Assembly: GCF_000400465.1 (NCBI RefSeq) | Contig: NW_008806291.1 | Location: 215,925 to 247,924, forward strand | DNA: 32,000 bases | Direction of reading: 5' to 3' | DNA from: Wallemia ichthyophaga EXF-994 | Lineage: Eukaryota > Fungi > Basidiomycota | Part shown: piece after piece, positions 1 through 10,055 of the stretch | Layout: each line of letters begins with the position of its first letter | Position numbering within the stretch: the stretch's first letter is position 1 | Program-made: the position numbers and the translations under genes | Notes under the pieces: model-generated | The model's database searches: none | Told to the model about the DNA's origin: nothing | The model's input: the letters and a program-made list of their open reading frames with translations, nothing else

Positions 1-635
1 CACCATGACGCGCGAGACGGCTGCAATTGGGGCTTTTGAGGAGGTGAGAGTTTAGCAGATGAGCGGGTGGGCTAGAAACGCGGTCTATGCATCCAGGGAC
101 TATCTTTGGCGGGCCACCATCCACCACTATAAGCAGGCTGTTTGGTTCGAGGAGGATCGGCGTGGCTGAGACATCTGTTTGAGCTACGAGATGAGTACCC
201 AGTGTGAATGTGGCTGTCGTCGATTTGACACCCTGCGCGCACCCCTGGCCCGACTGGATAGCGTAGAGTTCTGCGTAGTTGGGATGCACTGCTGTGCACT
301 CCTCTATGCGCTGGTAGAGCGTATCCATCCAAGCCGGGGTGCTGCTTTGTATCAGTTTGCCGGTTCGGGTGAGTTGACCACCTGTTTGATTAGAAATTGA
401 GCAAATTTCGCAAATAAAGGAGAATAAACGGGAACACACCTATAAAGAGGTGCCTGTATCACTTTTTAATGTAATTTGGGCTTGGAAGTAGCGCTACCCA
501 CTTGTAACCGTCGTTGTACCGCCAGGATCGCTCAGTGATTGCTGAAATAGCCTCGAGAAGACCATCTAAATCGTGTCTGCTGAGCAAGTCCGGGATGTAA
601 ATCAGCCGATCAGAAACGAAATTGGCGGTGTTCAT
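1..635 (-). CDS. ALKBH6-like 2OG-Fe(II) dioxygenase-fold protein, apparently catalytically dead; 3' end runs off the window
   Basis: Not in the ORF track. Exons 635-502, 453-440 (14-nt micro-exon) and 381-<1, joined by GT-AG introns of 48 and 58 nt. Product: MNTANFVSDRLIYIPDLLSRHDLDGLLEAI...SWRYNDGYKHLFIGGQL...TPAWMDTLY...HPNYAELYAIQSGQGCAQGVKSTTATFTLGTH...ILLEPNSLLIV. It is colinear with ALKBH6 motifs as I recall them (YxPDFI, WGG, PxW, NHVLVNxYxPGxGI, TISLGSH, LLLEPRSLL). Confidence 0.75.
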
Positions 636-660
636 CGATGTTGGTGTACAAAACTTGGCT

Positions 661-696
661 GCGGCTGAGAGTGGCTGAGAGTGGCTGAGAGTGGCT
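661..696. repeat. 10-bp tandem repeat (GTGGCTGAGA, about 3.6 copies)
   Basis: gcggctgaga gtggctgaga gtggctgaga gtggct, inside the 65-nt gap between the prefoldin-3 stop and the ALKBH6-like ATG. Confidence 0.9.
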
Positions 697-700
697 ACTC

Positions 701-1357
701 TTACTCCTTCTCCTGCTGCTGCTCGACCTCCCTCTTCTCTCTCCTCCTCTTGACATCAAAGTTCCAGATCCTGGCTGTATTGACGTCGGTGATAGTTGTT
801 TGTTCCCTGATGAATTCCAAATCTTCATTGCACTGCTCGTACGAAACACCAGCCAGCTTCTCCTTCTTCTCGAGGAGCGCTATAGCCTCTGGTATTGTAT
901 AGCTGAGCATTGTATTTGCCTGTGTTTGCATATCAGTAGACGCATAAGGCTAACACACCACCCACACCCAACCACAGGTACACCACGTCGCTCTTGTCCA
1001 GCTCAGCCTCCGCGTAAAGCGTGTCGTGCAGCTCAAACAGCGTTTTTGTCTTTGTGCCGTCCTCATTCGCGCCGTGCAAATGCCTAACCATGGACAGCGT
1101 CTTGGAGATGTCCGGTATCTTGACATCGAGGGATTTCTTCTTTTGTAGAAGTGATATTTCCATGTATCTGTACTTGGATGCCATCTCCTGGAACTGCTTC
1201 AACGCGCTGTCCACCTCTGCGCCCTCTCCACCGATATATTCCACTACGTCGGCCTGTTTTCCATTTTTGATGAGATATCCACAGCGTATACGCTCTAACC
1301 CACCACAAACGGCGCTGCCGGAATGTTCCGCGGATTCGTTGAGACTGATTCGCTCAT
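701..1357 (-). CDS. PAC10: Prefoldin subunit 3 (alpha-type; VBP1/Pac10)
   Basis: Exons 1357-1304, 1253-966 and 919-701; introns of 50 and 46 nt; 186 aa. Motifs NPRNIPAAPFV, FQEMASKYRYME, FELHDTLYAEA, VYLWLGANTMLSY and LEFIREQTTITDVNTARIWNFDV. Confidence 0.96.
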
Positions 1358-1401
1358 TTCAGTTGGTCGTTCTTGTCGTTGACCCAAACCACCAAACCAC
1401 C

Positions 1402-2337
1402 ATGCCGATCAATTTTCTCTTTTTTCCTCCGCTCTACTGCCCAGTCGGCATCTATCGCTTGCTCAGTGATTCCCATGTTCGATCACCCATCTACTCGCTC
1501 TGTCGTAAGGGTTTGGCCACTGGGCTCATCACAGCGAGCGTCTACGTCCTTGTTACTTATCCGATACAGAATCGCCTGCTCAGCATTTACCTCAGCTTGT
1601 TCTACAGCACTCCCTCCTCACACCGCTTCTCTACGCTGATGCTTGTCAGCACCCAATTCACCGCCATTCTCCAGTTCTTCATCAACAAGCGCATCGCTCA
1701 GTCCCGGCGTCTCGCGTACTCCCTCACCATCCAATCCCGGGCTAAAGAAAACGCTTTCTGGGGCAAATATGTCGAGGAATTCAATCTTAACACTCCAGCT
1801 GGTCGATCGCTGCAAAATGAGGCGCTTAAGCAGGCAAAAACCAGAAAATCGGGCTGGAGCGGTTTGGTTGAGGGTAGAAAGCGCTCTAAAGCCCTCGCTT
1901 TGCTAATCAAACTCCTCCTCCTCCCCGTCGACGTCATCCCTCTTGTCGGCATCGTTATAGGTGCGACTCTCCGCTCTGTCGCCCTCACCAGACGCCTCCT
2001 CAAGCCATATTTCGCCGCGAAGAATATGTCCAAGTATCAGCGAGAAGTCTTCATCCAGCAGCGCTCTTTTGAGTTGAGGTGTGAGTCAGGCTGAATACGT
2101 TTTAACCGCCCAGTAACACCCCCTCCTCTCACAGCTTTCGGCTTTGCGGCTGCCTTACTCGAACGCACACCTTTCGTTGGCCTCCTCTTCTCCATATCTA
2201 CACCCATTGCTGCCGCTATGATGGCTGTCGACTTTGAAAAACGCCAAAACTCGCTTCGTTGCGTTCATGACGCTGATAAACCTCCTTGGGGGAGTGTACA
2301 CGTCGGTCACGCTATACCTCAGAAGAAAACGACATGA
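1402..2337 (+). CDS. EI24-domain membrane protein (Lds1/Rrt8-like)
   Basis: Exons 1402-2080 and 2135-2337, 54-nt GTGAGT..CAG intron, 293 aa. Motifs YCPVGIYRLL, FWGKYVEE, IPLVGIVIGATL, LKPYFAAKNM and FGFAAALLERTPFVGLLFSI...DFEKRQ. Confidence 0.8.
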
Positions 2338-2421
2338 ATGACTAGATGAACAAGAGTGGAAATGGGTGTGTAAATGAGAGATATTAATGATATCAAGGAG
2401 TCGCCTGGAATTTGCGCACAC

Positions 2422-3480
2422 CTACTTCCTAAACAGCTTCTTCCATCCTGAGACATGTTTCGTCGCTTTGTTATCAGGCACACTAATGCCATCACTAAAA
2501 GCCATAGACATCATTGGTTCAGGAATAGGGTATGCTTTCATTTTGTCCTGTTGTTGAGCCGGTGATGATTTGGATTTATGGAGCTGCTGGTGTTGCTGTT
2601 GCTTAAATGGATCGCTCATCAAACTCTGGCTTCGATAGCGGGGTTGATCCGACTGGACCACCTCAATTGCATCGATATCACCATTACCATCCACTCCCCT
2701 CTCCCTCCTATCTTTCTCCCGCTTCTCCCTCATGGCACTCTCGCTCGCAGTCATCTCCAGCCTAGCCAGAGCATCCGAGTCGCTCTTCTCCCTCGTCTCA
2801 GCACTCCTCTTAAACTGCTCCTGCAGCGCTACCTCGCGTTCTTTCTCCTGCGCCCTCTTCGCCGCCTCTTCCTTCTCTCTGCGTATGCGCTCGCTGCGCG
2901 GTGGCTTCGCCTTGGGTTTGCGCGGGTAAACGAGCTGACCATCGGCTGTTAAAATTGGGAGCTGAGACGGTGCGTCGAACCCCCACATACCGCCGCCCGT
3001 ATCCACAGGCGCTTTTGAGTGCACCTGCTGGATGATAATTTGTGGTTGTTGGTGTGTTTTTGTGTTGCTGTTGGTCGTGTTGCTAGTCACACCGCTGAAT
3101 ATCCCACTAGACATAGCCTTGCTCGACCGCCCACTGCTACCACTGCTGATACTGCGATTCGAGCTCATCTTTGCCGCTATCTCATCCTCCCTTCTCTGTA
3201 GCTCCGCTTTGGCTCGCGCGATGCTGTAACGTGTTAGCATCCCTTTGGCCCAGATCTCAAATCACCCAACTCACTCGGCCCATTCTTTTTCTGCACTTTT
3301 TGCTTCTTCTAACTCTTGCACATCTTGTGCTTCTTCCCAGTCAGTTGTAAACTCCCTCTGATATTGTGGGCTAATAAATCCATTTCGATTCTGGTTCATC
3401 TCCCTCACTTTCTCGGTGTGATGTTGACAATTACAGATAGCGGGGTGGTAGTACGCCTTGCAGCATGACATGGCTGTCAT
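2422..3480 (-). CDS. Hypothetical 335-aa coiled-coil/low-complexity protein
   Basis: The track ORFs 3271-3480 and 2422-3240 join in frame through a 51-nt intron at 3274-3224 (GTGAGT...GCTAAC...CAG). Charged helical segments and S/Q-rich tracts; no family recognised. Confidence 0.8.
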
Positions 3481-3822
3481 TCAACTGTCAGTTCATTCTG
3501 TTTTCAGGAACCACCCTTATCTGATGCTTGACAGGTCCAAGTAAATTTTTCATTTTAGTACATTTATTCATTAAATCAGTGTATTTTAATTGCGCCTGTA
3601 TATTTGTTCTTTCTGTCAACCACCCCTCTCATTTTCTGGTGACCAGCTTTTTGGTGTTCCGACACCATGCATTACTTTGCAGTGCATTACATAGATATAT
3701 GGCAAAATCAAAGTAACGTAAAAACTTATGATAATCTAAAGATGTGATACTTTCAAGGCTACACTCAAGTTGAAAGGAAACGAAATATAATCAAAATCAG
3801 TCAATACATCAAGACATGCCAG

Positions 3823-6157
3823 CTACTTCTTCTCAATCGCCCTATCGACGTTGAAGCAGGCTGAGATAAGAGAAACCGCACTAAAGCCCTGCGGATAATT
3901 ACCCAGGGCCTGTCCGCCCTTGCCAATCTCCTCACTCAACAACCCCAGATTGCTAGTATACCCCAGAAAGTCCTCGAGCATAACGACAGACTGAGACAGC
4001 AGCTTTTTGTCGTATGCACCAGCGCGACATAGTGCCTCACACGCCCACAACGTGCATAGCCCAAACGCTCCTTCCTCACCCCCAATTCCGTCATTCGCTT
4101 TCGTTACGTCGTAGCGCGATACGAGGTTGTTTGAAGTAAGCCCACCCTTTTCAGGTGATAATAAAACGTGCTTGAGTGTGGATAGCAGACGCGGGTCGGT
4201 GGGCGCGATGAAGAAGGTGAGGGGCATGATCAAGATGGAGCTGTCTAGCACATCTCTATTCTCGTAGCTCTGCGTAGTGAATTATTGAGAGGGCTTTCTA
4301 ATCCAATCTTTAAACATACCTGCGAAAAGAAACCTAACTGCTTATTGTACCCCTTCTCTTGGATTTCCTCATAAATGTTGTCTCTATTTTCGAGCCACTT
4401 GAGGCGATTGGGGCAAGGTAGGCATCTCTTGTCTGCAAGGCGCAGTCCGCGGTCGATAGCCACCCAGCACATGACCTGTGAGAGTAGTGAATTGTGTGAG
4501 TATGTTAAAATGTTCTGCAGTTTGCAAAATAACGCTTTTTCGCAAGTCGCATTTTGCAACTCAAACATTTGTAACATAACATACCTTGGAATACTAGTCT
4601 ATGTCAGCCAAATAATTCTGAAACACCCCACTCACCAAGAAATTCTGCTTCTGAGATCTAACCTCCCAAATAGAAAGATCTGGCTGATTCCATGCGTCGC
4701 AAACATAATCAACAAGCTTGCGCATGCCTACCCAGCAATCGTACGATAGCGGGTTAGCGTGTTTCTGAGCAAGATAGACGGCATCAAGGACAGCGCCGTA
4801 GACGTCGAGCTGGAGGTGGTCTGCTGCACCATTTCCAATTCTCACCGGCTTCTGTCCCCTGTGACCAGCTAGGTGGGGCAGCTCAATCTCTGGCATCTCA
4901 CGCTGACCATGGATGGTGTAGACGATCTGCAGACTACCGTCGCTATTTGGGTGCTCGAGCAGGGAAGCTATCCAGTCAACATACGCATTTGCCTCTTCTT
5001 TGAAACCGAGCCTGACGAGGGCGTAGACGGTGAAGGACGAATCTCTAAGCCAAGCATAGCGATAGTCCCAGTTCCGTCCCGCTCCGTGTAAGTCTTCAGG
5101 CAGGGAGAATGTCGGTGCGGCAATCACGGCACCTGTAGGTGCAAAAGTGAGCAATTTGAGCGAGAGTGCTGAGCGCAGCACTTGCTCGCGCCACCGCCCC
5201 TTGTACTGCATCTTGGCCGACCACTGGAGCCAGTACTGCGTTGTGGATTCGAGGAGGTGTTCTGTAGAAGCGAAGGTGGGGGATGTACTATTATCCTCTC
5301 TTTCCGACAAGACTAAAGTAACCACTTGGCCTTCGGAGAGTGAAAATTTTATACATACTGCATCGCCGAGGAAGCCGCGCTCAGCTGCATTGTGCGATGT
5401 TAATGATACCGCTGGATCTGATACCGCATCTGGTGCGCCGACAGTACAGCGCAAATCGAGATTGATGTGGTCAGGGCAGTCGAAGTAGGCCGTGTTGCTA
5501 CCGCTATCGACGCGCACGCTGTGCCCCGAACGTGCATAGTTGAATGCAGGAGCACATTCGCTGACAAACGACATTGTCCCGCGGAGACACTCGACGCGTC
5601 GAACGAGATGTGTGGGGCTGCTGAGGGGCATGAAATCTACCAGTGTGTGAGTATGTGAGTGTACACCTCTGTTCCTATCTCAGGCACGCACCGTCTACGT
5701 TAGCAACGGCTGTACCTGAATCAGATTGACATGCTTGATACGCTCCAACTCACCGTCGTCAGCCAGGAACTTTGTATTGAGGATGTTGGTCGATGGGAGA
5801 TACATCTGCTTGTTTACAGTGGCTGTTTGTGGGTCAATACTCCAATGACCGCCCCTGCAGTGAAAATTTTAGCCCAAATTATCAGCGTGAGAAGACCCGT
5901 CTGTTCACAAGACTTACTTCTTCACATCAACAATGCGCGCAAAGATACTGTGGTGTGTTAACGCTGCTTTTATTTATCAGATATTCACCTGAGCCAACTC
6001 ACCTAGGGGAATCGAAATAAGGCATCGAGAGCTGAGCAGTGGTACAGTTCGACGACACTAAAGCCGCAGTCATGCAATTACCTATCACGCCATGTTCTTC
6101 AATATCCGTTTCACGCTCGTGGAAGCTTAGTTTGCTATTGGATGTTTGAAGAACCAT
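3823..6157 (-). CDS. Glycoside hydrolase family 15 protein (trehalase/glucoamylase-like, with trehalase-type N-terminal domain)
   Basis: Exons 6157-6003, 5947-5918, 5854-5754, 5715-5692 (or 5694-5692), 5636-4636, 4593-4585, 4475-4320 and 4269-3823; about 640 aa. Motifs IEEHGVIGNCMTAALV, PYFDSPSIFARI, AAPTFSLPE, RNWDYRYAWLRDSSFT, HLQLDVYG, IWEVR, YSKVMCWVAIDRG, EGAFGLCTLW, LLSEEI and GNYPQGFS. Confidence 0.94.
4500..4584 (-). other. Imperfect inverted repeat (long hairpin) inside GH15 intron 4476-4584
   Basis: Complementary blocks: 4500-4507 with 4577-4584 (8 bp), 4508-4514 with 4564-4570 (7 bp) and 4522-4530 with 4551-4559 (9 bp); 20-nt loop at 4531-4550. Confidence 0.8.
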
Positions 6158-6339
6158 CGCAGTTGAAATCAAGTCAAGTAAAGTGATTAAGAGTACTATT
6201 AAATCGACTAGGTAATACAAAGAACATGAAATGCTTACAAGAAACGTACAAGATCTGCTGTTTGCAATGGAGATTATTTTCTTTACATGGGAGTGCAAAG
6301 GTCGTGAGGTGAGGATCCAATTCTATACTACATTGAGGG

Positions 6340-7509
6340 CTATAAAGAATGCGGCGAGTGAGCACTAGGACGTCGTTCGCTGCTAGTAGAGGGGCTCAAA
6401 ATACCCAGACCGACGCTGTCGCTAGGGCTAGGATTAGACCCCAAGAGGCTGAAGTTGGTGTCGACGGAGAGATTCATTGGCCTTTGGCTGTGTGCCTGCG
6501 GGGTGTAGTGCGATGAGCCCAGCGATAGCGGCGATAGTGGCTGTTCCATTCTAAACCCGCCACCATACTCGGACGCATACGGCGACGAATGCGTGCTGTA
6601 GAGATCGGGTATGGGCGAGCCTGCGCTGGATGGACTTGGCGAGTAGGGATACGGAGGGATAGTGGAGTTAGCCGCGTTTGTAGCGTGTGTTGAGGTGTCT
6701 GGCGAAGTGACGAATATCGGTGGCTGGGCGGGTGGTGTGGGTTTAAGGGGAAAATGGCTATTGGTGTTACCTCCGGTGGTGGCGTTGGTGTGAGCACCAC
6801 TGCCAGTGTCCATACCATCACCACCTCCACCACTGCCACTCCAGGGGTAGTCAAACGGCAAGCCACCATGCGTACCGTAGAGAAAGGCGTAAAGCTGCTT
6901 AACGACATCCTTCAGACACTGCGTCTCGCCCCGCGAATGCTCCAGCTGCTGCTCTAGAAAGAGTACACGCTGGTTGAGGGTGGCTATGGACTGGTTGGAC
7001 TGCGACTGGCTAAGCTGGAGGAGGGCGACGGAGGAAGGGAGGTCTGTGCTACGTGCTGCGGTGCTTGTAGACGTACTGGCCTCTGCGCCGTCGAGTACCT
7101 TTCTTTTGATGTCTTCGAGCAGGTCCTTGCGCCCTCTGAGGAAGTTGGGGTGGGAGAACTCCCACACTTGGTGCTCTGGGTGTGCCTTTTGCCCGCGTGG
7201 CGTCTTGTTGCACTTATGGAAGCCATACATATTCAGCTGCCTGACAAAGGAACTGAAATTGGAGTGCTTGAAATGGGTAGGCAAGATTTCCGAAGAGAAG
7301 AGAGAGAGATTGGCAACTATAAAACTATCGCCAGCCAGATTCCACGAGATTAGATTGTTGGTGTTGGCGTCGACCATCTCGTACAGCTTCGGGACGAAAG
7401 ACGAGCTAGCGCCCTGCTTTGATTTCTTGGAAGCGTGCGGCGACTCATCATCGGATAGCACCGAATTATCCCTTTTTATCTCATTTTTGTTCGGCTGCAG
7501 GAGGTCCAT
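6340..7509 (-). CDS. HSF-type DNA-binding transcription factor (no receiver domain; Sfl1/Hms2-like rather than Skn7)
   Basis: First in-frame ATG at 7509; 389 aa. HSF domain FVPKLYEMV...ISW...F...LPTHFKHSNFSSFVRQLNMYGFHK...WEFSHPNFLRGRKDLLEDIKRK, then a coiled coil and an S/P-rich tail. Confidence 0.93.
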   Translation of the reverse strand: MDLLQPNKNEIKRDNSVLSDDESPHASKKSKQGASSSFVPKLYEMVDANTNNLISWNLAGDSFIVANLSLFSSEILPTHFKHSNFSSFVRQLNMYGFHKCNKTPRGQKAHPEHQVWEFSHPNFLRGRKDLLEDIKRKVLDGAEASTSTSTAARSTDLPSSVALLQLSQSQSNQSIATLNQRVLFLEQQLEHSRGETQCLKDVVKQLYAFLYGTHGGLPFDYPWSGSGGGGDGMDTGSGAHTNATTGGNTNSHFPLKPTPPAQPPIFVTSPDTSTHATNAANSTIPPYPYSPSPSSAGSPIPDLYSTHSSPYASEYGGGFRMEQPLSPLSLGSSHYTPQAHSQRPMNLSVDTNFSLLGSNPSPSDSVGLGILSPSTSSERRPSAHSPHSL

Positions 7510-7549
7510 GGTGGTTGGAGTAGCGAGAGTAACGCGAATAACTCGATTA

Positions 7550-7945
7550 ATGGATTTGCGGACGTGAGCGGGAGTTGAAGCGCGGGTCACACGATAACAA
7601 ACGTAACACAGCCTAGATGAGCATGTCCTAAATTATCTCAATAGGCGGGGATACTCGCAGACCGTTGAACTGCTAAAGTTGGAGGCGGGGCTCGTGGTAA
7701 ATGCCGACGATAATTTTCTATCAGAGTGGTTCCAGGTGCTAAACGAGTGCAAGCAGAGCGAGGACTTTTCAAACCACTCCACCCAAGCCAAAACCAACCA
7801 ACTCCAAGATTCGTATCAGTTGCTCGCCATCGAGCAGAGGAAATTGCACAAAACACAGTCAATTGAGCAGGATAAACTCAAGACAATAGCCAGCAGATCA
7901 TCATCCACTAATATCCCCAACCCGCACAATTTTTCAAGCGAGTGA
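7550..7945 (+). CDS. Small LisH/LUFS-like protein (~115 aa)
   Basis: Exon 7550-7563, 48-nt intron (GTGAGC...GTAAC..CAG), exon 7612-7945. Product: MDLRTLDEHVLNYLNRRGYSQTVELLKLEAGLVVNADDNFLSEWFQVL... A LisH motif is followed by FLxEW, as in Flo8/SSDP LUFS domains. Confidence 0.7.
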
Positions 7946-8399
7946 GTTGCTATTATGAGGTTTCACGGTGCGCATGTATTCTATACACTTTTGTTCTTTG
8001 TGCTTGTACTCTATGCATGGTATTTGGCCCGTATGTGATGCTCTCACGATGAAGACAATTTCTCGTGCGCCGTTCCATGCCGTCCAACGAACGTGCATCC
8101 CCCCATTGAACGTGCGCTATTAGACACTCAATTAATGCACATGATTATGGCATCAACTGAAATTCTACGCCAACTAGTGAAAGTAAATAAGTGTACTCTG
8201 CCCTCTACGTTCCTCCATTGCCAAATGCGATTCGATGGCTAGTCTGTCTTTGTTTCTCAGACAGAAAAGCTTAAAGTTCAGCTTAGTATTTGACTTATTA
8301 TTCAAACGTGTTTAAATGTTGATTTTCAACACTTGTAGATTTTGAGCAGAAATTGTGACATTCGAGGGCTTGTTTGGGTATACTCTTGCGGCTCAAGTA

Positions 8400-9901
8400 T
8401 TCTTTGAGATGGTACAAATTTCCTTAAGTTGAGCACTGCATCTCATTCGGTATTTTCACAGCTGTTCAGATTTGCAGATCGAAAATCCATTCGGTGCTGC
8501 TCTAAACAATCAGATTATCTCACAATATCAATCACGCATATTCCCACGCGTAATATCATATCCCATACAATAAGAATTGTTTCAATCAAGCAAGCATTAT
8601 TATTGAGACATTCAGAAGCACTACTCTCCCTCTTCGTCTCGAAAAGTCTCGAGCTTCCTCGAAGCTTTTTCAAGAGTGTCAAAGAAGTTAAAGAAAGACA
8701 TTCATGCATTCGATCTTGTTGGCAGCTATTTTTTGGAGCATTGGGTGGGTTTGAATAAACCTAGACAAAGCAATATCATCGACAAGATTATCTTCATTAG
8801 CCAAATTCAGCTCTTCAAGCTTGGTCATTATAAATTAAAGCAGCCTTCTTTAAAATTTTTGTAGAATTCAGAGGTGATTTGGTTTTTGACACTGAGAATT
8901 TTCACGTTTGAAAGCTTCGCATCTCTCGTGAGATTCATCATCTCATTACCTGCAGTGAGCAATGGCTCTCTCATGTCAATCTTGTGGAATTTCACTGACA
9001 GTCTCGCCCATCCTGAAATTTCACCTCCAGAAATGCAATTTAACTGCGTCAAATCTGGCAAAGAACGGTTATTGAGAGCTTTTCCAATCTTATTTGTTTT
9101 GATAGAATATAAATTAAGCATCTCGCAAGGCAAATAAAGCTTCGGACGGTTTGTTTCAGTTCCTGAGACCAGTGAATCGTCGTAAGTAACTTCAAGCGCA
9201 GTGAGATTAGGCATTAGCTTGAGTAGAAGCTGAGCGCTTCCTAACGAATGAAAATTTCTATTGCTGTGTTTTGAGCAGGGTCTTTTTAGTCTGATGAATT
9301 GGGAATTTTGGTTTCTGAATGTTTCAAGAGACTTCGCAAGTATACTCATGTCCATCAGAGTATCGCGTAGGTCTTCGCTGTAAGTTTCTGGCATGATTTG
9401 CTGCGATTCAGCTAATAAGATAAGTTTCCTGCATTTGAGATTTCTTGATATCTTGAGGTTCGAAGTCTTCCCTGATGCATCTGTATCTTCCAGAGTAAAG
9501 CGAAAATTGTAGACAAACAAAGTGGACAAACCATCTTCGTCTTCGCATAGCATTCCATAACAGTTTTTTCTAGCCATGAGTGCCAAATGACCGACTATCA
9601 GGGCATTCCTCTCAGGTGCCGACAGCGAAGCCTTGAGCTTTCTTACCTCAAAACTCCTGTCAATGAACCAGGAAGACGACGAGTAGACTTATCCAGATAC
9701 TTAGCATCTACATTGAAAGATTTTAATGTAATACTTGCCGTGATAATGAAGCATGGCTGCCCTCCAGCGCCGGTTAATCAATGACAGATACTAGATAGTC
9801 ATGACAGAGAATGTTTCAGGGCTATCCTGGACAATGAGATCGGATATTGATTGAATTAGCTCTGAGAAAAAATTGGAAGCGTTCAATTTGATAGTTGACA
9901 T
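8400..9901 (-). pseudogene. Decayed F-box/leucine-rich-repeat-like gene
   Basis: ATG at 9901: MSTIKLNASNFFSELIQSISDLIV...*YLSLINRRWRAAM (F-box-like end, in-frame TAG). Frameshifted pieces follow, including the 252-aa ORF 8828-9586 (LLLKLMPNLTALEV, SLPDLTQLNC) and MTKLEELNLANEDNLVDDIALSRFIQTHPMLQKI (RNI/LRR-like). The 3' end is approximate. Confidence 0.65.
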
Positions 9902-10055
9902 AAGATTGAATTGGTGCGAGAGTGTGAGAGTGTGAGAACGTGGAAGTACGTAAGTAGAAGTGCGAGTAAATGAGATTATCAACCGGTAAATATGGTCTGC
10001 TATACTTTAAATGACATACTTGTAATAATCACGCGTGCGCAAAATTCACCTCCAA

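Noticed and set aside
1021-1401. 127-codon upstream extension of the EI24 ORF shown in the track
   Set aside because: It is the antisense of prefoldin-3 exons. EI24-like similarity begins only after ATG 1402, which has a good CCACCATG context.
3271-3480. 69-aa ORF as a separate gene or uORF
   Set aside because: Its stop lies inside a GTGAGT donor; splicing fuses it in frame to the 272-aa ORF.
6974-7567. 197-aa plus-strand ORF
   Set aside because: Antisense to the HSF domain; starts at TTG and has no recognisable features.
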